A stretch of 63,387 nt of DNA, counting the filler, from Chiloscyllium plagiosum (Eukaryota): NCBI RefSeq assembly GCF_004010195.1. It is 3 parts of 3 records of this genome, joined end to end, with 100 filler letters (N's around TTAATTAATTAA, not from the genome) between each part and the next. Parts side by side here need not be neighbours in the genome. Positions count along the whole stretch, not along the records: positions 27,938 to 51,163 come from NC_057748.1; positions 51,264 to 63,387 come from NC_057724.1; 1 more part is not named here. One strand, written 5' to 3'. A model generated the notes under the pieces. That model saw nothing but the letters and a program-made list of their open reading frames with translations. It was not told the DNA's origin and searched no databases. Made by a program: the position numbers and the translations under genes. Positions 46,420-60,009 of the stretch are shown one piece after another (position 1 is the stretch's first letter; every line of letters begins with the position of its first letter).

Positions 46420-49400
46420 GCATGAGCAAGTCGGATCGGAAGTCCCGTATGGCGTGTTGCCTGCCTGGTGCCAGGGTGCAGGACATCTCTGACTGGCTTG
46501 AAGGGATACTGGAGCGGGAGGGGGAGGATCCAGTTGTTGTGGTCCCCTTTGGGACTAACAACATAGGCAAGGGTAAGATGGAGGACCTGTTTGGGGGTTA
46601 ATGAGCACTAGGAATGAAATTAAGGAACAGGTCCTCAAGGGTCATAATCTCCGGATTACTGTTGGAGCCATGTGCAAATTGGCTTAGAGACAAGAAAATT
46701 AGGGAAGCAAACACGTGGCTCGGGGAGTGGTGTGGAAAAGAGGGATTACATTTCATGGGACATTGGCGTCAATTTTGGAACTGAAGGGGATCTGTACCAG
46801 TGAAACAGTCTCCAGCTGAACCGATCTCGACCAGAGTTCTAGCAAAAAGGATAAATAGAGTGGTCACCGCGACTATAAACTTGCGAGTCGGGGGAAGGGA
46901 AAGGGAGTGCAAAAGGATGTATGGTGATAAATGAAGGGGTAAACAGCAGATTAACACGAATGCAGGTGTGTTTAAGTTCAAGGCAGACTATGAAAGAAGC
47001 AAAAATGAAGGATAACTCAGGAGATATTAGAGATGTTATGAATCATGACGGTAAGAAAGCTAGCTTAAAGGCATTTCACCTGAATGCTCATAGCACTTGT
47101 AACAAGGTTGATGAGTTAACAGCACAAATCATTGTCAGTCAATAAGATTTGATAGTCATCACAGAGACATGGTTGCAAAATGGTCATGGCTGGGAATTAA
47201 ATATCCAGTGGTACCAGACTATGTGGAAGGACAGACAGGAATGCAAGGGAGGTGGTGTAGCTCTGAAATTCAAGGACAACATCAGGGCGATGCTGAGAGA
47301 TGACATAGGTGCTATGGAGCATGAGGCTGAATCCATTTGGGTGGAAATTAGGAATTCCAAGAAGAAAAAGTCACTGATAGGCATAGTCGATAGGCCATCA
47401 AATAATAACATCACATTGTGATGGGAAATAAACAAGGAAATAACTAATGCATGCAAAAATGCTACAGCTATTATCATTGGGGTGGGTTTAATCTGCATGT
47501 AGATTGGTCGAACAGCTCAGTCAGGGTAGCCTTGATGGAGGATTTTGTTGAGTGTATCTGTGATAGTTTTGTTGAACAGCATGTAATGGAACTGATGAGG
47601 GAGCAAGCTATCCTAGATCTGGTCCTATGTAATGAGGCAGGAATAACTAATGACCTCATAGTCAGGGGTCATCTTGGAAGGAGTGATCACAGTTTGGTTG
47701 AATTTTAAAATACAGCTGGATAGTGTGAAGATAAAATTCAATACCAGGGTCCTGTGCTTGAATAAGGGGGACGATGATAGAATGAGGGAGGACCTGGCTA
47801 AAGTAGACTAGAAACAGAGGCTTTATGGTGCGACAGTTGATGAGCAGTGGATGACCTTCAAGGAAATTTTTCGAAGTGCTCAGCAAAAGTATATTCCAGT
47901 GAGAAGGAAAGACTGCAGGAGGAGGGATAATCTGCCATGGGTGTCGGAGGCAATAAGGCAGGTTATCAAAGTGAAAGCAAAGGTATACAAAGTGGCCAAA
48001 ACAGCAGAAATCTCAAAGATTGGGAAAACTTTAAAGGTCAACAGAAAGCCACAAAAAGAGCTATAAAGAAAAGTAAGATAGAGTACGAGAAAAAAACTAG
48101 CATAGACTACAAATCTTCTCACAAACTTTGTAGACTATAAAGACGGACAGTAAAAGTTTCTATTGATATATAAAATGAAGAGTGGCTAAACCTGGTCTTT
48201 TAGAGGATGAGAAGGGTCAGTAAGTTATGGGATATGATGAAATGGGCTGAGGCATTGAGCAGGTACATTGCATTGATCTTCACAGTTGAAGATACTAATA
48301 ACATGCCAAGAGGTGAAGTTAGATGAGGACCTGGAAACCATTATTTTTACAGAAGAGTTAGTGTTGGGTAAGCTAAATGAGTTAAGGATGGATAAGTCTC
48401 CTGGTCCTGATGGAATGCATTCCAGTGCACTAAAAGAGATGGTGGAAGAAATAGTAAGTGGACTGGCGATAATGTTCCAAAATTCACTGGACTCTGGAAC
48501 AGTCCAGCAGGTTGGAAAATAGCAAATGTGATGCCAGAATTCAAAAAGGGATGTAGACAAAAGCTGGGGAAATATAGACCAGTGAGGCTTAGCCTCTGTA
48601 GTGGGGAAGATGCTCGAGTCTATTATCAATGAAGAAATAGCAGGGCATCTCAAAAGAAATCTTTTGGAATTCTATGAAGACATTACAAGCAAGGTGAACA
48701 ATGGGGTTCCAGTGGATGTGGTGTACCTAGATTTCCAAAAGGCCTTTGACAAGGTGCCACACATGAGGCTACTGCATAAGATGGTGTTAGGGGCAGAGTA
48801 TTGGCGTGGATAGAGGATTGGTTGACTGACAGGAAGCAAAGTGTGGGGGTAATGGTGTGCTATTTTGGCTGGCAATCATTGACTAGTGGTGTGCCTCAGG
48901 AGTCGGTGTTGGGACCACAATTATTTACACTTTATATAGATGATTTGAAGTTGGGGACCACATGTTCAGTGTCAAAATTTGCCGATGACACTAAAATGAA
49001 TGGCAGAGCAAAGTGTGCAGAGCATTGTGAAACTTTGCAGAGGAACACAGATACATTGAATGAGTGGGCAAAGGTCTGGCAGATGGAATGCAATGTTAGT
49101 AAATGTGAAGTCATTTTGGTGGGAGTAACAACAAAATAGAAGATTACGTGAGCAGTCAAAAGTTGCAGCATGCTGATTTGCAGAGGGACCTGGGTGTCCT
49201 TATGCATGTATCGCAGAGGGTTGGTCTGAAGGTACAACAAGTAATTAGGAAGGCAAATAGAATTGTGTCCTTAATTGCCGGATGGGTTGAATTTAAAAGT
49301 AGAGAGGTAATTTACAGCTGTACAGGATGCTGGTGAAGCCACATCTGGAGTATTGTGTGCAGATTTGGTCTCCTTATTTAAGAAAAAATATACTAGCACT

Positions 49401-49868
49401 GAGGGAGTGCAGAGGAGGTTCACTGGGTTGATTCTGGAGTTGAGGGGGTTTGCCTTATGGGGAGACGTTGAGTAGATTGGGATTATATTCATTAGAATTC
49501 AAAAGAATGAGGGGGAGGGGGGGAAATCTTATACAAACATATGAAATTATGAAGGGAGTCGATAAAATAGAAATAGATTGGATGTTTTCACTGGTAGATG
49601 AGACAAGGACAAGAGGGCATGGCCTCAAGATTAGAGGAAGCAGGTTTAGACATGAACTGAGAAGGAACTTCTTCATCCAGAGGGTTGTGAATCTATGGAA
49701 TTCCTTGCCCAGGGAAGTAGTTGAGGCTACTTCAGTAATCACTTTTAAAGCTAAGGTAGATGCTTTTTGTTTGGAAAATAAAGGAATTAAGGGATATGGT
49801 GAAATGTGCGTAAGTGGGGCTGAGTCCACAAAAAGATTCGCCTACTCCTGCTCCCAGTCCTTATGTGA
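46420..49868 (+). mobile_element. Long degenerate CR1 LINE: ORF1 SGNH-esterase, APE endonuclease, RT, 3' tail
   Basis: CLPGARVQD..GTNNIG; ITETWL, GGGVAL, SDH; KSPGPDG, YLDFQKAFDKVPH, GVPQESVLGP, KFADDTK, RTRGH. Confidence 0.95.
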
Positions 49869-50049
49869 GTGAGTGAGAGAGAGTCATTGTCAATTATCTT
49901 GCTCACCTTTTCAAAATAGTTGGTTGTACTTTCCTCTGCAGTTTATAGACTGTCCGTACACTCTGCTTGAGGTGAATTCGTTCATTTTTTTTTCCAACCT
50001 ATATAAAATGGTTTCAAACTTCAGCAAAGTCGACACCAGTTTATCTAAA

Positions 50050-50560
50050 AGTACTGCGGACGCTGGAATCAGAAACAAAAGCAGAATTTGCTAAGAAAAC
50101 CCAGCAGTTCTGGGAACATCTGTGAAAAGAGGAAAGCAGTGTTAACGTTTCAGATCCAGCAACCCTTCTTCAGAACTGATTCTGGCAAGGAAAGGTTGGT
50201 GCACTCGCTGGGTGGGTCGGGGGAAGGTGAGAGAAGTAAATGAGATGAAGCCCACCTCTCTAATCTCTGCACTGAACTTGTGTCGGTATTGATGCCGTTA
50301 TCTTGATGGGAGTTGTGAGATGCTGCCCTCCCCTAGTAGTAAATTCTTCAGTGTTTTTCTGCCGGCTACCATTGCGGTAGCGTCCGTCTGCCAGCAGATG
50401 GTGGCATTGTATCACTTTGTTCTGAAGAAGTGTCACTGGACACGAAACGTTAACTCTGCTTTCTCTCCACAGATGCTGCCAAACCTGCTGGGTTTTCCAA
50501 ACAATTTCTATGCTTTTTTTTTTGGGTTTATAATTTCCAGCATCCAGCGTTCTTTGTTTA
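50050..50560. mobile_element. Two PLE family C 3' ends in inverted orientation (about 50050-50235 minus; 50419-50560 plus)
   Basis: Mutually reverse-complementary tails, each with a hammerhead motif. Confidence 0.65.
50419..50454 (+). ncRNA. Minimal hammerhead ribozyme motif
   Basis: GUU-CUGAAGA-A-GUGUC(ACUG)GACAC-GAAA-CG-UU-AAC. Confidence 0.75.
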
Positions 50561-51163
50561 GCTATAATCACAGAAACAAGCATTGACCGCCTGCGTCCAT
50601 TCGCCTCTAACCCAAGATCAAAGCTCTTCAGCAGCCTGAGGTGAGTTAGGCATTTTCAAAGACGTCAAATCTGCTGTACAATGTTTTGAGAGAGTTTTTT
50701 GAGCTCAAACACACACGACAGCTTTTTGGATTCTGGGAAAGAGCTGGGGTTTGGGGCTGAGGGAGATGCAAAAACTAAGAATCAGTTTCCCAACTGAGGC
50801 AAAATCACATTAAAAGTGCAATTGGCTTTCGCCATTCCTAACTGGGAATTCGCCCCCTCCCCCAACGCCGCGGTCTGTGTCTCTCTGCTGAGGGGACAGG
50901 GAGGGGCTGGGGTGGGCAGAGAAGGAGAGGGGTGTGGAGAGATGAGGACTGAGGGAGAGGAGGGGAGGAATGTGGGTTGGGCAGAGAAAGCAAAAGGGTT
51001 AGGGAGAGGCTTGAGAGAGGGGGATGGAGAGATAAAGGGAGAGATGGGGATCGGAAGGGACTGGGAGGCGATAGGGAGACGAGGGGAGGGGCTGGGGTTG
51101 GGAGTGGAAGGTGTTGGGGAGAGATGGAGAAGTGGGAGGCGGGGTAGGAAGAGAGAGGGGTTT

Positions 51164-51263
51164 NNNNNNNNNNNNNNNNNNNNNNNNNNNNNNNNNNNNN
51201 NNNNNNNTTAATTAATTAANNNNNNNNNNNNNNNNNNNNNNNNNNNNNNNNNNNNNNNNNNNN
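51164..51263. other. Artificial 100-bp contig spacer N44-TTAATTAATTAA-N44
   Basis: Same structure as 27838-27937. Confidence 0.95.
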
Positions 51264-52987
51264 TAGAATGGATGGGAGGGAATGAGTGAGAGAGACACAG
51301 AGAGGCAGAAACAAAGACCGGAAAGTAAGAGAGAAGCAGTTGTTGTCCACATATTTATGAGAGAAAGCAAGTACAAATGCTGTAAGTTGATATCTACAAA
51401 ATTCAGGCAACATATTTATGGAATTACACCCAACATTTTTCGTTCTCACCCGAATATTCAGACTCTTTCGGGGTATGCTAATCTTGTTCTATCACGACAC
51501 CCAAGTAGCAAAGTATTCTTCATGTCTAAGTTTGGAAGTTGAGTTATCATAGACTATTTGATGATGGATTCAGAGTCAAACCAGTTTCTGACCTTATCAT
51601 AAATCTAGATGAAGTCATATTCTAACATAGTCACTGACTAGGCATCAGGAAGGGAACTCCACCTGCACTACCTCTCCTCAATGATACCTTAGGCCAATTT
51701 TGTCCATGTCGATGTCCTGTGTAAAATCATGGATTTCAATCAAATCTTTCTGCCATCTTAGTAATTCCATTGTTTAGTGTGCTACTGAGTCTGACCTCTA
51801 TAATAGGTATCTACTAAGACTTAGATTTGCTTAAATTCTAATGTCTTGTAAATTATCCTGATGGCTCAGTCAGCAAAAATGTCACTTTGGGTGAGTCTGA
51901 ACTGCATAGATGATTTAACCCCTGCTTCATGCTAAAACCAAACCTCAATAAGCTGGGGTTAAAGGGCGGGAGATTGGAAAATGTGCTTAGGTTCCAGTCC
52001 TGTTCACTGATCAGTGACCTGGACCAAAAAACACCAGTTGATCAAGAAAGTTAGTATCGGATACAGTCCCATGACAGGCACCAAGTTGGAGTCCATGACT
52101 TCAGGAATGAATGGAGAAAACTTGGAGGGTTGGGAGAGAAGACATGAAGAGAAGAAACCACAGTGACTAGCAATCACTCACTCAGTCAATAACATGTTAA
52201 GAATTTGGCTCTGAATACTAAACACCTTTTACCTTTGATTGGGAAAGGCGGGGGGAGGGGTGAATTCACTTCAGATCAGGACTACTCTGTGTAGGTCAAC
52301 ATGTACTGAGGGGACATACATTGTGCATTTGTATTTTCTCAAGTGTATACCGTATAATGCCTTCCTTAGGAGATGCGTTTCTACTTTTGGAGAACAGGAA
52401 GAATCGGCAACACAGGCTCCGAACCACATAATCTGTGAGGTGCAATGATTTAAATTTCTTAAGAGAAAGGAAGAAAGAGGAATTTTGGGCCTAGTAAGAA
52501 AATCAATTCTTTTTTGAAGTTGCTCCTTTTGAAGTTGGCTACAAAAGCTTGCTTGGAATCAATCTGTTTAATTGTGCAGAGGCAGAACCGACACGAATGG
52601 TGATCATCCAGGCCCTTTCAGGTTGTGAAATCACTGAGGTACACTGTTGATCATCAGCATAATCGATTAGAATCGGTCCAGGCATTTTACAGAGGGGTTG
52701 TCCCTGTACCATAGTAACGTGCAGTTAGGAGGGCAGGAATGGGACAGAGAGACAGCAGTTGTAAGAATTCCAGGAGAACACCCAAGGACAGAAAAATCCT
52801 GGATGTGAGCCCAAAGTGCTCGAAATGTCCAATTCAGAATCCTGCACTCAATTGAAAACAGGTATAAAACTTGTAAGAGCACAGTTCCACTGCGTAATGC
52901 ATACCTTCTTGCTAACTTATTCTTTCCCACATCCTCAAAACTGTTGAAGTCATTCATTTCCATCTGGTTTTCCTTCTTCTACATAAA

Positions 52988-53276
52988 ATCATAGAATCCC
53001 TGCAGTGTGGAGCATACCATTCAGCCCAACAAGTCCACAGCGACCCACTGAAAAACATCCCACCCAAGACATTCCCCACTACACCCCCGTTCCTTGTAAC
53101 CCTGCATTTCCTGTCACTAATCAAGCCTGAACATCCCTGAACACTATGGGCAATTTAGCACTGAAATGTACATCCCTGGACTGTGGGAGGAAACTGCAGA
53201 ACGGAGAATGTCTGTGTGGAGTTTGCGCAGTCAGTCACCTGAGGCTGTGAGACAGCAGTGCTAACCGCTGAGCCAT
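52988..53276 (-). mobile_element. Degenerate HE1-type SINE
   Basis: Reverse complement of head (TGGCTCAGCGGTTAGCACTGCTG) and tail; short internal inversion near 53205-53228. Confidence 0.8.
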
Positions 53277-54748
53277 CTACAATTGACTCAACTTTAAATC
53301 ACCTTAGCCAGTCTTGAAATCACCTTAGCCAATGGGTCTTACCTTTACTGCTGGGTTTTGTAACATGGCAAACTTGACTCAACAGAATTGGTCTTTACAG
53401 ACATTGTACAATGACTCTTCAGGACCCCTAATTGATGTCAGTGGGAGAACAGCGAGCTATAGGTTCTTCCTGGTCCTCAGAGTATACAAGCAGATCACAG
53501 TGACCCCTAAGTTCAGCAATCTTTGTCTGTTCATCATTATATTCCTGAACTTTTCTAAACATTGAGTTAAGAGCTGAATAGTATATAATATGAGAACATA
53601 GCAGAGTTTCGGCAGCAATAAAGAAAAACTAGTTTCCTTGATGTAGCTGAAACTACTGTTCAGAAGGTAAAAAGGGGGAATCCCGAAAAGCGCTCCAATA
53701 TTTAAGGTATCCCTCAGCTGAAGGAGTTTTAATAACTACCATTGTAATCTACTAGTGTTGCTCAAACTACAGCAAGTTATGCAGTGGTTCTTCCCTTCCC
53801 CTCCATCCCATGAAACCAAGAAAATAAACTCCTGGTGAAAACTTATTTTAAACAAATGTGTTCTAAGGATGCAATTTAATAGCAGTCTAATAAGCTAGGT
53901 ACAGGCCTTTTTACACACTGTTTTCTTCAGTTTCATCTCTTTCCCACCCCCAGTCAATTCACCCAAGAATTGAGAAAGAATCCGATGTTTAGATTCCATA
54001 AGAATTGGATTAGAGGGAATCTGGGAGAGGAGCATGAATTAGGACAGTAACATTCCCTTCCCTGCCCTCCCTCCCCACTGAGAGATAATGTATAGCACAG
54101 CAGAACTGATATAAAAGGCAAATAAAAATGCCTTAGAAGTATTTGAGTACACAGAGTGCAGCTTTAAAATACTGCCAGTTAGCCATTGTATGAAATATGA
54201 CCCGACTGTGAAGCCCCTTCCCCCACACAGACTTGGCAGCTAAAGTAACTTATTTTTAAAATCACAGCATGTGGATGTGTGTATGTGTGCTTGTGTTGGC
54301 ATTAAGAGATATAGGTATTAAAAGCATTGCTTCCTTGCAAAGAAACATTAACATAACAGGATCCACATTCACACATCCAAACGACCCTTTTTTTCCTTGC
54401 CTCCCCAGTTTTACAGCCCCAAGCCCTCAACTTGTGAAGGGTCTGACTTATTACTGCATTATTTCACAGGGACCAGCCTACAGTTGTGAGCATAGGGAAA
54501 ATGTCACAACTGAGCCCAATGCTCTATTCATCCACACATCGAAACTTTGTAGTCAAAACAATTACTGGAAGTGACTTGGAAATGTTACCTCAGAAGTTAC
54601 TGTATAGTCTGTGGAGCCATCTCAGCTAGTCAGACAAAAGAAAATATTATATAGGCAAGAAACACGTACAGGAATAAGGGGTGGAGGTTTAACCAGTAAA
54701 GAGCACACATGAGGTTGACATAAATGGTACTGATGATCTGCCACCATC

Positions 54749-55043
54749 ATGCTGTGATGCTTATGTTTGCTCCTGCAGCACAAGGAGGAGATATGGGTCA
54801 CATAATACTGAAGAATTCAATAAACTTTAATTACAGCATCTGGCATTTACAGATGTACATTACAGTCATGGGCAACTGCATGTCTGGGCCCGAGCTCTGT
54901 GATTTGGATGTACTGCAGCACACTTCCCTCAACAAGCAACAGAGCAGAGCTCAGCAAGATGGAGACTGTGAGCGTACCTTATTAGGTCACATGGTATAAT
55001 ACAGTGATGACATCATGAGCATGTCCCTCAAAAAAAGGGTACA
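54749..55043 (-). mobile_element. Probable LTR remnant; related copy at about 59303-59583
   Basis: Shared block TTAGGTCACATG..AGTGATGACATCATGAGCATGTCCCT; both followed on the minus strand by a TG(G/A)TGGCA-type PBS-like motif. Confidence 0.45.
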
Positions 55044-58000
55044 TTGCGCATCTGCTGAAAACAACATTCCCCTTTTATTCCGAATTTAAAATATCACAAA
55101 CAGCTATACACTGTACATAGCCACATGCTGTCAGTTCAATAATAATACAAACTTGGAAAAACAGTGTTAACTACATTAAGAATTTGAATTTTGATGTAAT
55201 TTATTGGAGATTTGCCAACATGTCCTGATCTCATGATTGTATTCCCTCCTGAAGAGGTGTTTTTTCTTCCCTCAGTTGCTCTTAGCTGAAAACAATTGTC
55301 TTGCTGCTGGTTACTGATGTTCAGCATCATTGCACAATCATGTTGGACCTTTCCTTATCACTTTTGTGCATGATGGTACATCGTGCATTGGTCTAGGCTG
55401 TTATCTGTCCCTTTGCAATATAGCACCACAATCTGTAAAAACATATGATCTGGGCTAATTAAATATCTCAAATCTTTGCTGGTATTCAGGTATTTGAGAC
55501 AGTGCGTAGTTGCAGTAGTTCTCAATCTGCTTGCTGATGGTGTTTCTTTCTCCTCTACCTTTGAAGAGTGAAGTCCTGTGACTCGCTCATCACTTGGAGT
55601 GTGGTTTGAACCTCATGAATGGTTACAATGTGATGTTTTATGGTACCGACAGCCCAGCTGGTATTTACCAGGTGGATGATGATTTAGATAATCCAAGCTG
55701 AACTTGCACATTGTGTGCACGTACAGAAAATCTGGGAAATCAGTGGCATAATCACACTGCAGCACCAATGTCCTTTAGTTCCATGTGCTTTTATAACTGT
55801 GAAAAACACCAGGCAATCACTCAGTGGTTATGACTTAACATGGCTATAACAGATCCTGCTGCTTTAATGCAGTTTGCTATCTGTATGAAGTGTTGTGTGC
55901 ACCCAAAGCCTAAAATTGAAGTTGGCCTGTTACTATGGCTTCATGTTGCTGTCCATTTCCCAGCAAAATGGCGTTTTTTCTTGACCAGAACATTTTTATG
56001 GCAAGCTTTGATCAGAGTATAACTAATTATCAGTTCAATTGATCTCTCTGCAAGTAAATTCTTGGGGCTGTTTGTATGTCATCAGTCTGTGTGTATAAAT
56101 CCAGAAGCCAATTCAATTCTTGAGCGGGCCCTCAAGAACTCCAATCTGGATGTTTTTCTTGACCTCAAAGAGGAGATGTATTGATTCAGCGAAGCCCGTC
56201 CTTTCAGACAGCAAGAAATAATTTAAGAGCTCTCCTGTGGGGACCATTTACTGCTTGATCTGTAAAGCAGAGCTGCATATTTTGCTTCGATAGTTGTAGT
56301 TTGGTGAAGATGTCACTTGCTGCCCAACATAGAATTAAATGCTTGCCTCCCTTTCTTACTGCGGTCTGTGTTTTTTTATTCTGTTGAGGTAGAGCATTGG
56401 GCTTACTTATTCCATCCTTCTACGTTGTTCTTGTACCCTTCTATTTTTCCTTTTCTTCATTTCTCAGTTGTGGCCTCATGAGGAAGCTTTGCCAAGTGTG
56501 GATCGATGTCTATGAAAAAGAATCTATAATGGCAGGTGTCAGCCAAGGGAGGGAGTTTTCACTACACAGGATTGATGATATCACATCTGGCACTGCACTG
56601 AAGGAGACAAAATGCCAGAACCAACCAACCATTGCACACAGCTAAGTTTTTCTTGGTTAGAAAATTTGAACATGCAAATAGTATTTTGTTTACAAACTGG
56701 AGTGTATTGTTAAACTGACAATATCATTTATTTGCCTTAGTTTTAGAGACTGGAAGAAGCCTTTCAGTTGCCAATTTTAAATCTGTAAGCTGGTTGCTGT
56801 ACCATAACTTGGGAAGTAGACTTAAATATAATTATGGTTTCTAACAGCAATATAGGGCTAACAACTTGATAGGTCTTGAATTTTAAGGAGATAAAAGTTA
56901 AGTGTGCCTATTGGCTCTTTAGGTTCAAGATCTGCACTCAAAAAATGTAAGTGGTTTGAAGTTCAAATGCCCTATGATCCAAAGCTGTCTAAACCTCAAT
57001 TCTTTTATAAGCAGTTACTGGTTCTTATTACTGTGTTGTCACTGTAACATGATAGAAGACCGTAATGTGATATAGTGAGATACACTGCATAAGATAAAGA
57101 TGCATGGTGCTACAGGCAATATATTAGCATGGATAGAGGATTGATTAACCAACAGGAAGCAAACAGTGGGGATAAAGGAGTGCTTTTCTAGTTGGTGAGC
57201 AATGATTAGTGGTGGGCCTCAGGGATCAGTTTTGGGACCTCTGGTTGTTTACAATTTACATAGATGATTTGGAGTTGGGGACCACATGCAGTTTGTCAAA
57301 GTTTGCGCTTGACACTAAGATGAGTGGTAAAGAAAAATGTGCAGAGGACTGTGAAACTTTGCAGAGGGATATAGATAGTTTACAGTGGGTGGGCAAGGGT
57401 CTGGCAGATAAAAGCTGGTAAATGTGAAGTCATCCATTTTGGTAAGAATAACAGTAAAAAGGACTATTATTTGAAAGTTAAAATATTTCAGCATGCTGCT
57501 GTGCAGAAGGACCTGGGTGTCCTTGTGCATGAATCGCAGAAAGTTGGTTTGCAGGTGCAATATGTAATTAAGGCAGCAAATGGAACTGTGTCCTTCTTTG
57601 CTAAAGGGATTGAGTTTAAAAACAGGGAGATTATGTAGCAGCTGTATAGGGTGCTGGTAAGGCCACATGTGGAGTACTGTGTGTTGTTTTGGTGTCCTGA
57701 CTGGAGAAAAGATGTACTGGTACTGGAGGCAATGCAGAGGAGATTCACTTAGCTGATTTCAGCATTGAGAGTTTTGGCTTATGAGGAGAAACTGAGTAGA
57801 CTGGGATTACATCCATTGGAATTGAGAAGAATGAGGTGAGATCTTATAGAAATTGTGAAGGGAATAGATAAGATAAAAGCAGGAAAGATGCTTTCATTGA
57901 CAGGTGAAGCTAGGACAATAGGGCATAAGCCTCAAACTTAGATGGAGCAGATTTAGGATGGAATTGTGAAGGATCTGTGGAATTCCCTGCCCAGTGGAGT

Positions 58001-58059
58001 AGTTGAAGCTTCCTCATTGGCTGTTTTAAAGGCTAAGATAGATCATTTGTAGTGTATGT

Positions 58060-58146
58060 GTAGTCATGGCCGAGTGGTTAAGGTGATAGATTTTAAAAAA
58101 GCTCGTTGGAGGGTTCCCCACATAGGTTTGAATCCTGCTGTCTACG
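58060..58146 (+). pseudogene. tRNA-Ser-derived pseudogene
   Basis: GTAGTCATGGCCGAGTGGTTAAGG...GGTTTGAATCCTGCTGTCTACG matches vertebrate tRNA-Ser ends; anticodon arm disrupted. Confidence 0.8.
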
Positions 58147-58199
58147 TTGTGAATGACTTCTTACAGGGCGACTTTTCGCTCAAAGTTCAGGAAACCAAT

Positions 58200-59150
58200 T
58201 TTGTAACTTTGAAGATGGACGAGGGAGATCCAGTAGATGTAGTGTCCCCTGGACTTTCAGAAAGCTTTTGATAAAGTCCCACATAGGAGGTTAGTGAGCA
58301 AAATTAGGGCGCATGGTATTGGGGGCAAAGTACTAACTTGGATTGAAAGTTGGTTGGCTGATAGGAAACAAAGTAGTGATAAACGGCTCCATTTCAGAAT
58401 GGCAGGCAGTGACCAGTGGGGTACCGCAGGGATCAGTACTGGGACCGCAGCTTTTTACAATATATGTTAATGATATAGAAGATGGTATTAGTAATAACAT
58501 TAGCAAATTTGCTGATGATACAAAGCTGGGTGGCAGGGTGAAATGTGAGGAGGACGTTAGGAGATTACAGAGTGACCTGGACAAGTTAGGTGAGTGGTCA
58601 GATGCATGGCAGATACAGTTTAATGTGGATAAATGTATGGTTATCCACTTTGGTGGCAAGAACAAGAAGGCAGATTACTACCTAAATGGAATCAATTTAG
58701 GAAAAGGGGCAGTATAGAGAGATCTGGGTGTTCTTGTACACCAATCAATGAAGGTAAGCATNNNNNNNNNNNNNNNNNNNNNNNNNNNNNNNNNNNNNNN
58801 NNNNNNNNNNNNNNNNNNNNNNCAGGAAACATGTTTCCGCTGATGGGTGAATGCCGAACCAGAGGACACAGCTTAAAAATACGGGGTAGACCATTTTGGA
58901 CAGAGATGAGGAGAAACTTCTTCACCCAGAGAGTGGTGGCTGTGTGGAATGCTCTGGCCCAGAGGGCAGTGGAGGCCCAGTCTCTGGATTCATTTAAGAG
59001 TTGGATAGGGCTCTCAAGGATAGTGGAATCAAGGATTGTGGAGATAAGGCAGGAACAGGATACTGATTAAGGATGATCAGCCATGGTCATATTGAATGGT
59101 GGTGCAGGCTCAAAGGGCAGAATGGCCTACTCCTGCACCTATTGTCTATT
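58200..59150 (+). mobile_element. Younger 5'-truncated CR1 (contains N gap 58762-58822)
   Basis: GVPQGSVLGPQLFTIYVND..KFADDTKLGG; CTATTGTCTATT tail. Confidence 0.92.
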
Positions 59151-60009
59151 TTTTGAACAGTAAAGGAATTAAGGTTTATGGTAAGAAGGTGGGTAAGAGG
59201 AGTGAGGCCACAAAAGATCAACCATGATCTTGATGAATGGAAGAGGGGGTTCAAAAGGATAAATGTCCTACTCCTGCTCCTGGTTCTTATGCTTTGCCAC
59301 TATCATGCTATATACTTACATTAGCATCGGTGACACACAAATGAGACTGAAGAATTCAAATGAACTTTTATTGAATCATCTGGTACCTACCTATGTATAT
59401 CACAATCACAGGCACTTGCATTGCAAGACTCAAGCTAACCAAATCAGATGAACCTGCTGCAGGTTTCCTTCTGAGCAATAAGGTAGATCTCTGTAAGAGA
59501 GACATGATGAACCTTTGACAGTTAGGTCACATGTCATGATAGTGATGACATCATGAGCATGTCCCTTAAAAAGGTATGTCACACTTCTGCTGATAGAGAT
59601 AACAAAATAGAGGCAATCCTTATTGAAAATGCCAATGTAAATTCCTGCATTCTAAATTTACAATGCAGACACGTTCAGGAATGAAAGAATACTTCCTCTG
59701 TACAGTTGATGGCTGCATTTTATTCATGTCACACACCCAAATAAAAATGACTCTGACATACTCCTAAGTTCCAGTTTCCAGCCTAATCCTGTTCGCAGAT
59801 CAGTAACCCTGACCCTGAGTTAGTGATTGATTGCGACAAAGCTATTTCCTCCACAATTTAATTTAGGTTTGAGTCCTTCTTTGAAGATCTTGGTGGGAGT
59901 GCATTCTGACCTCTCCTCCTGTTATGTCAGATTGTTCATTTCACAAGGTGTTGCTACAGCAACTTTGAGTTTGATCTTTGGGTGTTTCATGTGCAGTCAA
60001 ACATTCAAC

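Larger units (their letters stand above)
57080..59292 (+). mobile_element. Older CR1 RT/3' end interrupted at about 58050-59150 by a younger insertion
   Basis: PQGSVLGP/FALDTK remnants; the host element resumes at about 59150 (TTTTTGAACAGTAAAGGAATTAAGG). Confidence 0.88.

Noticed and set aside
55500-56600. Possible decayed zinc-finger or transposase coding sequence on the minus strand
   Set aside because: Only scattered Cys/His patches with many stops; not assignable without a blastx search
58060-58146. Functional tRNA-Ser
   Set aside because: Anticodon arm expanded and unpaired; T-loop and stem mismatches
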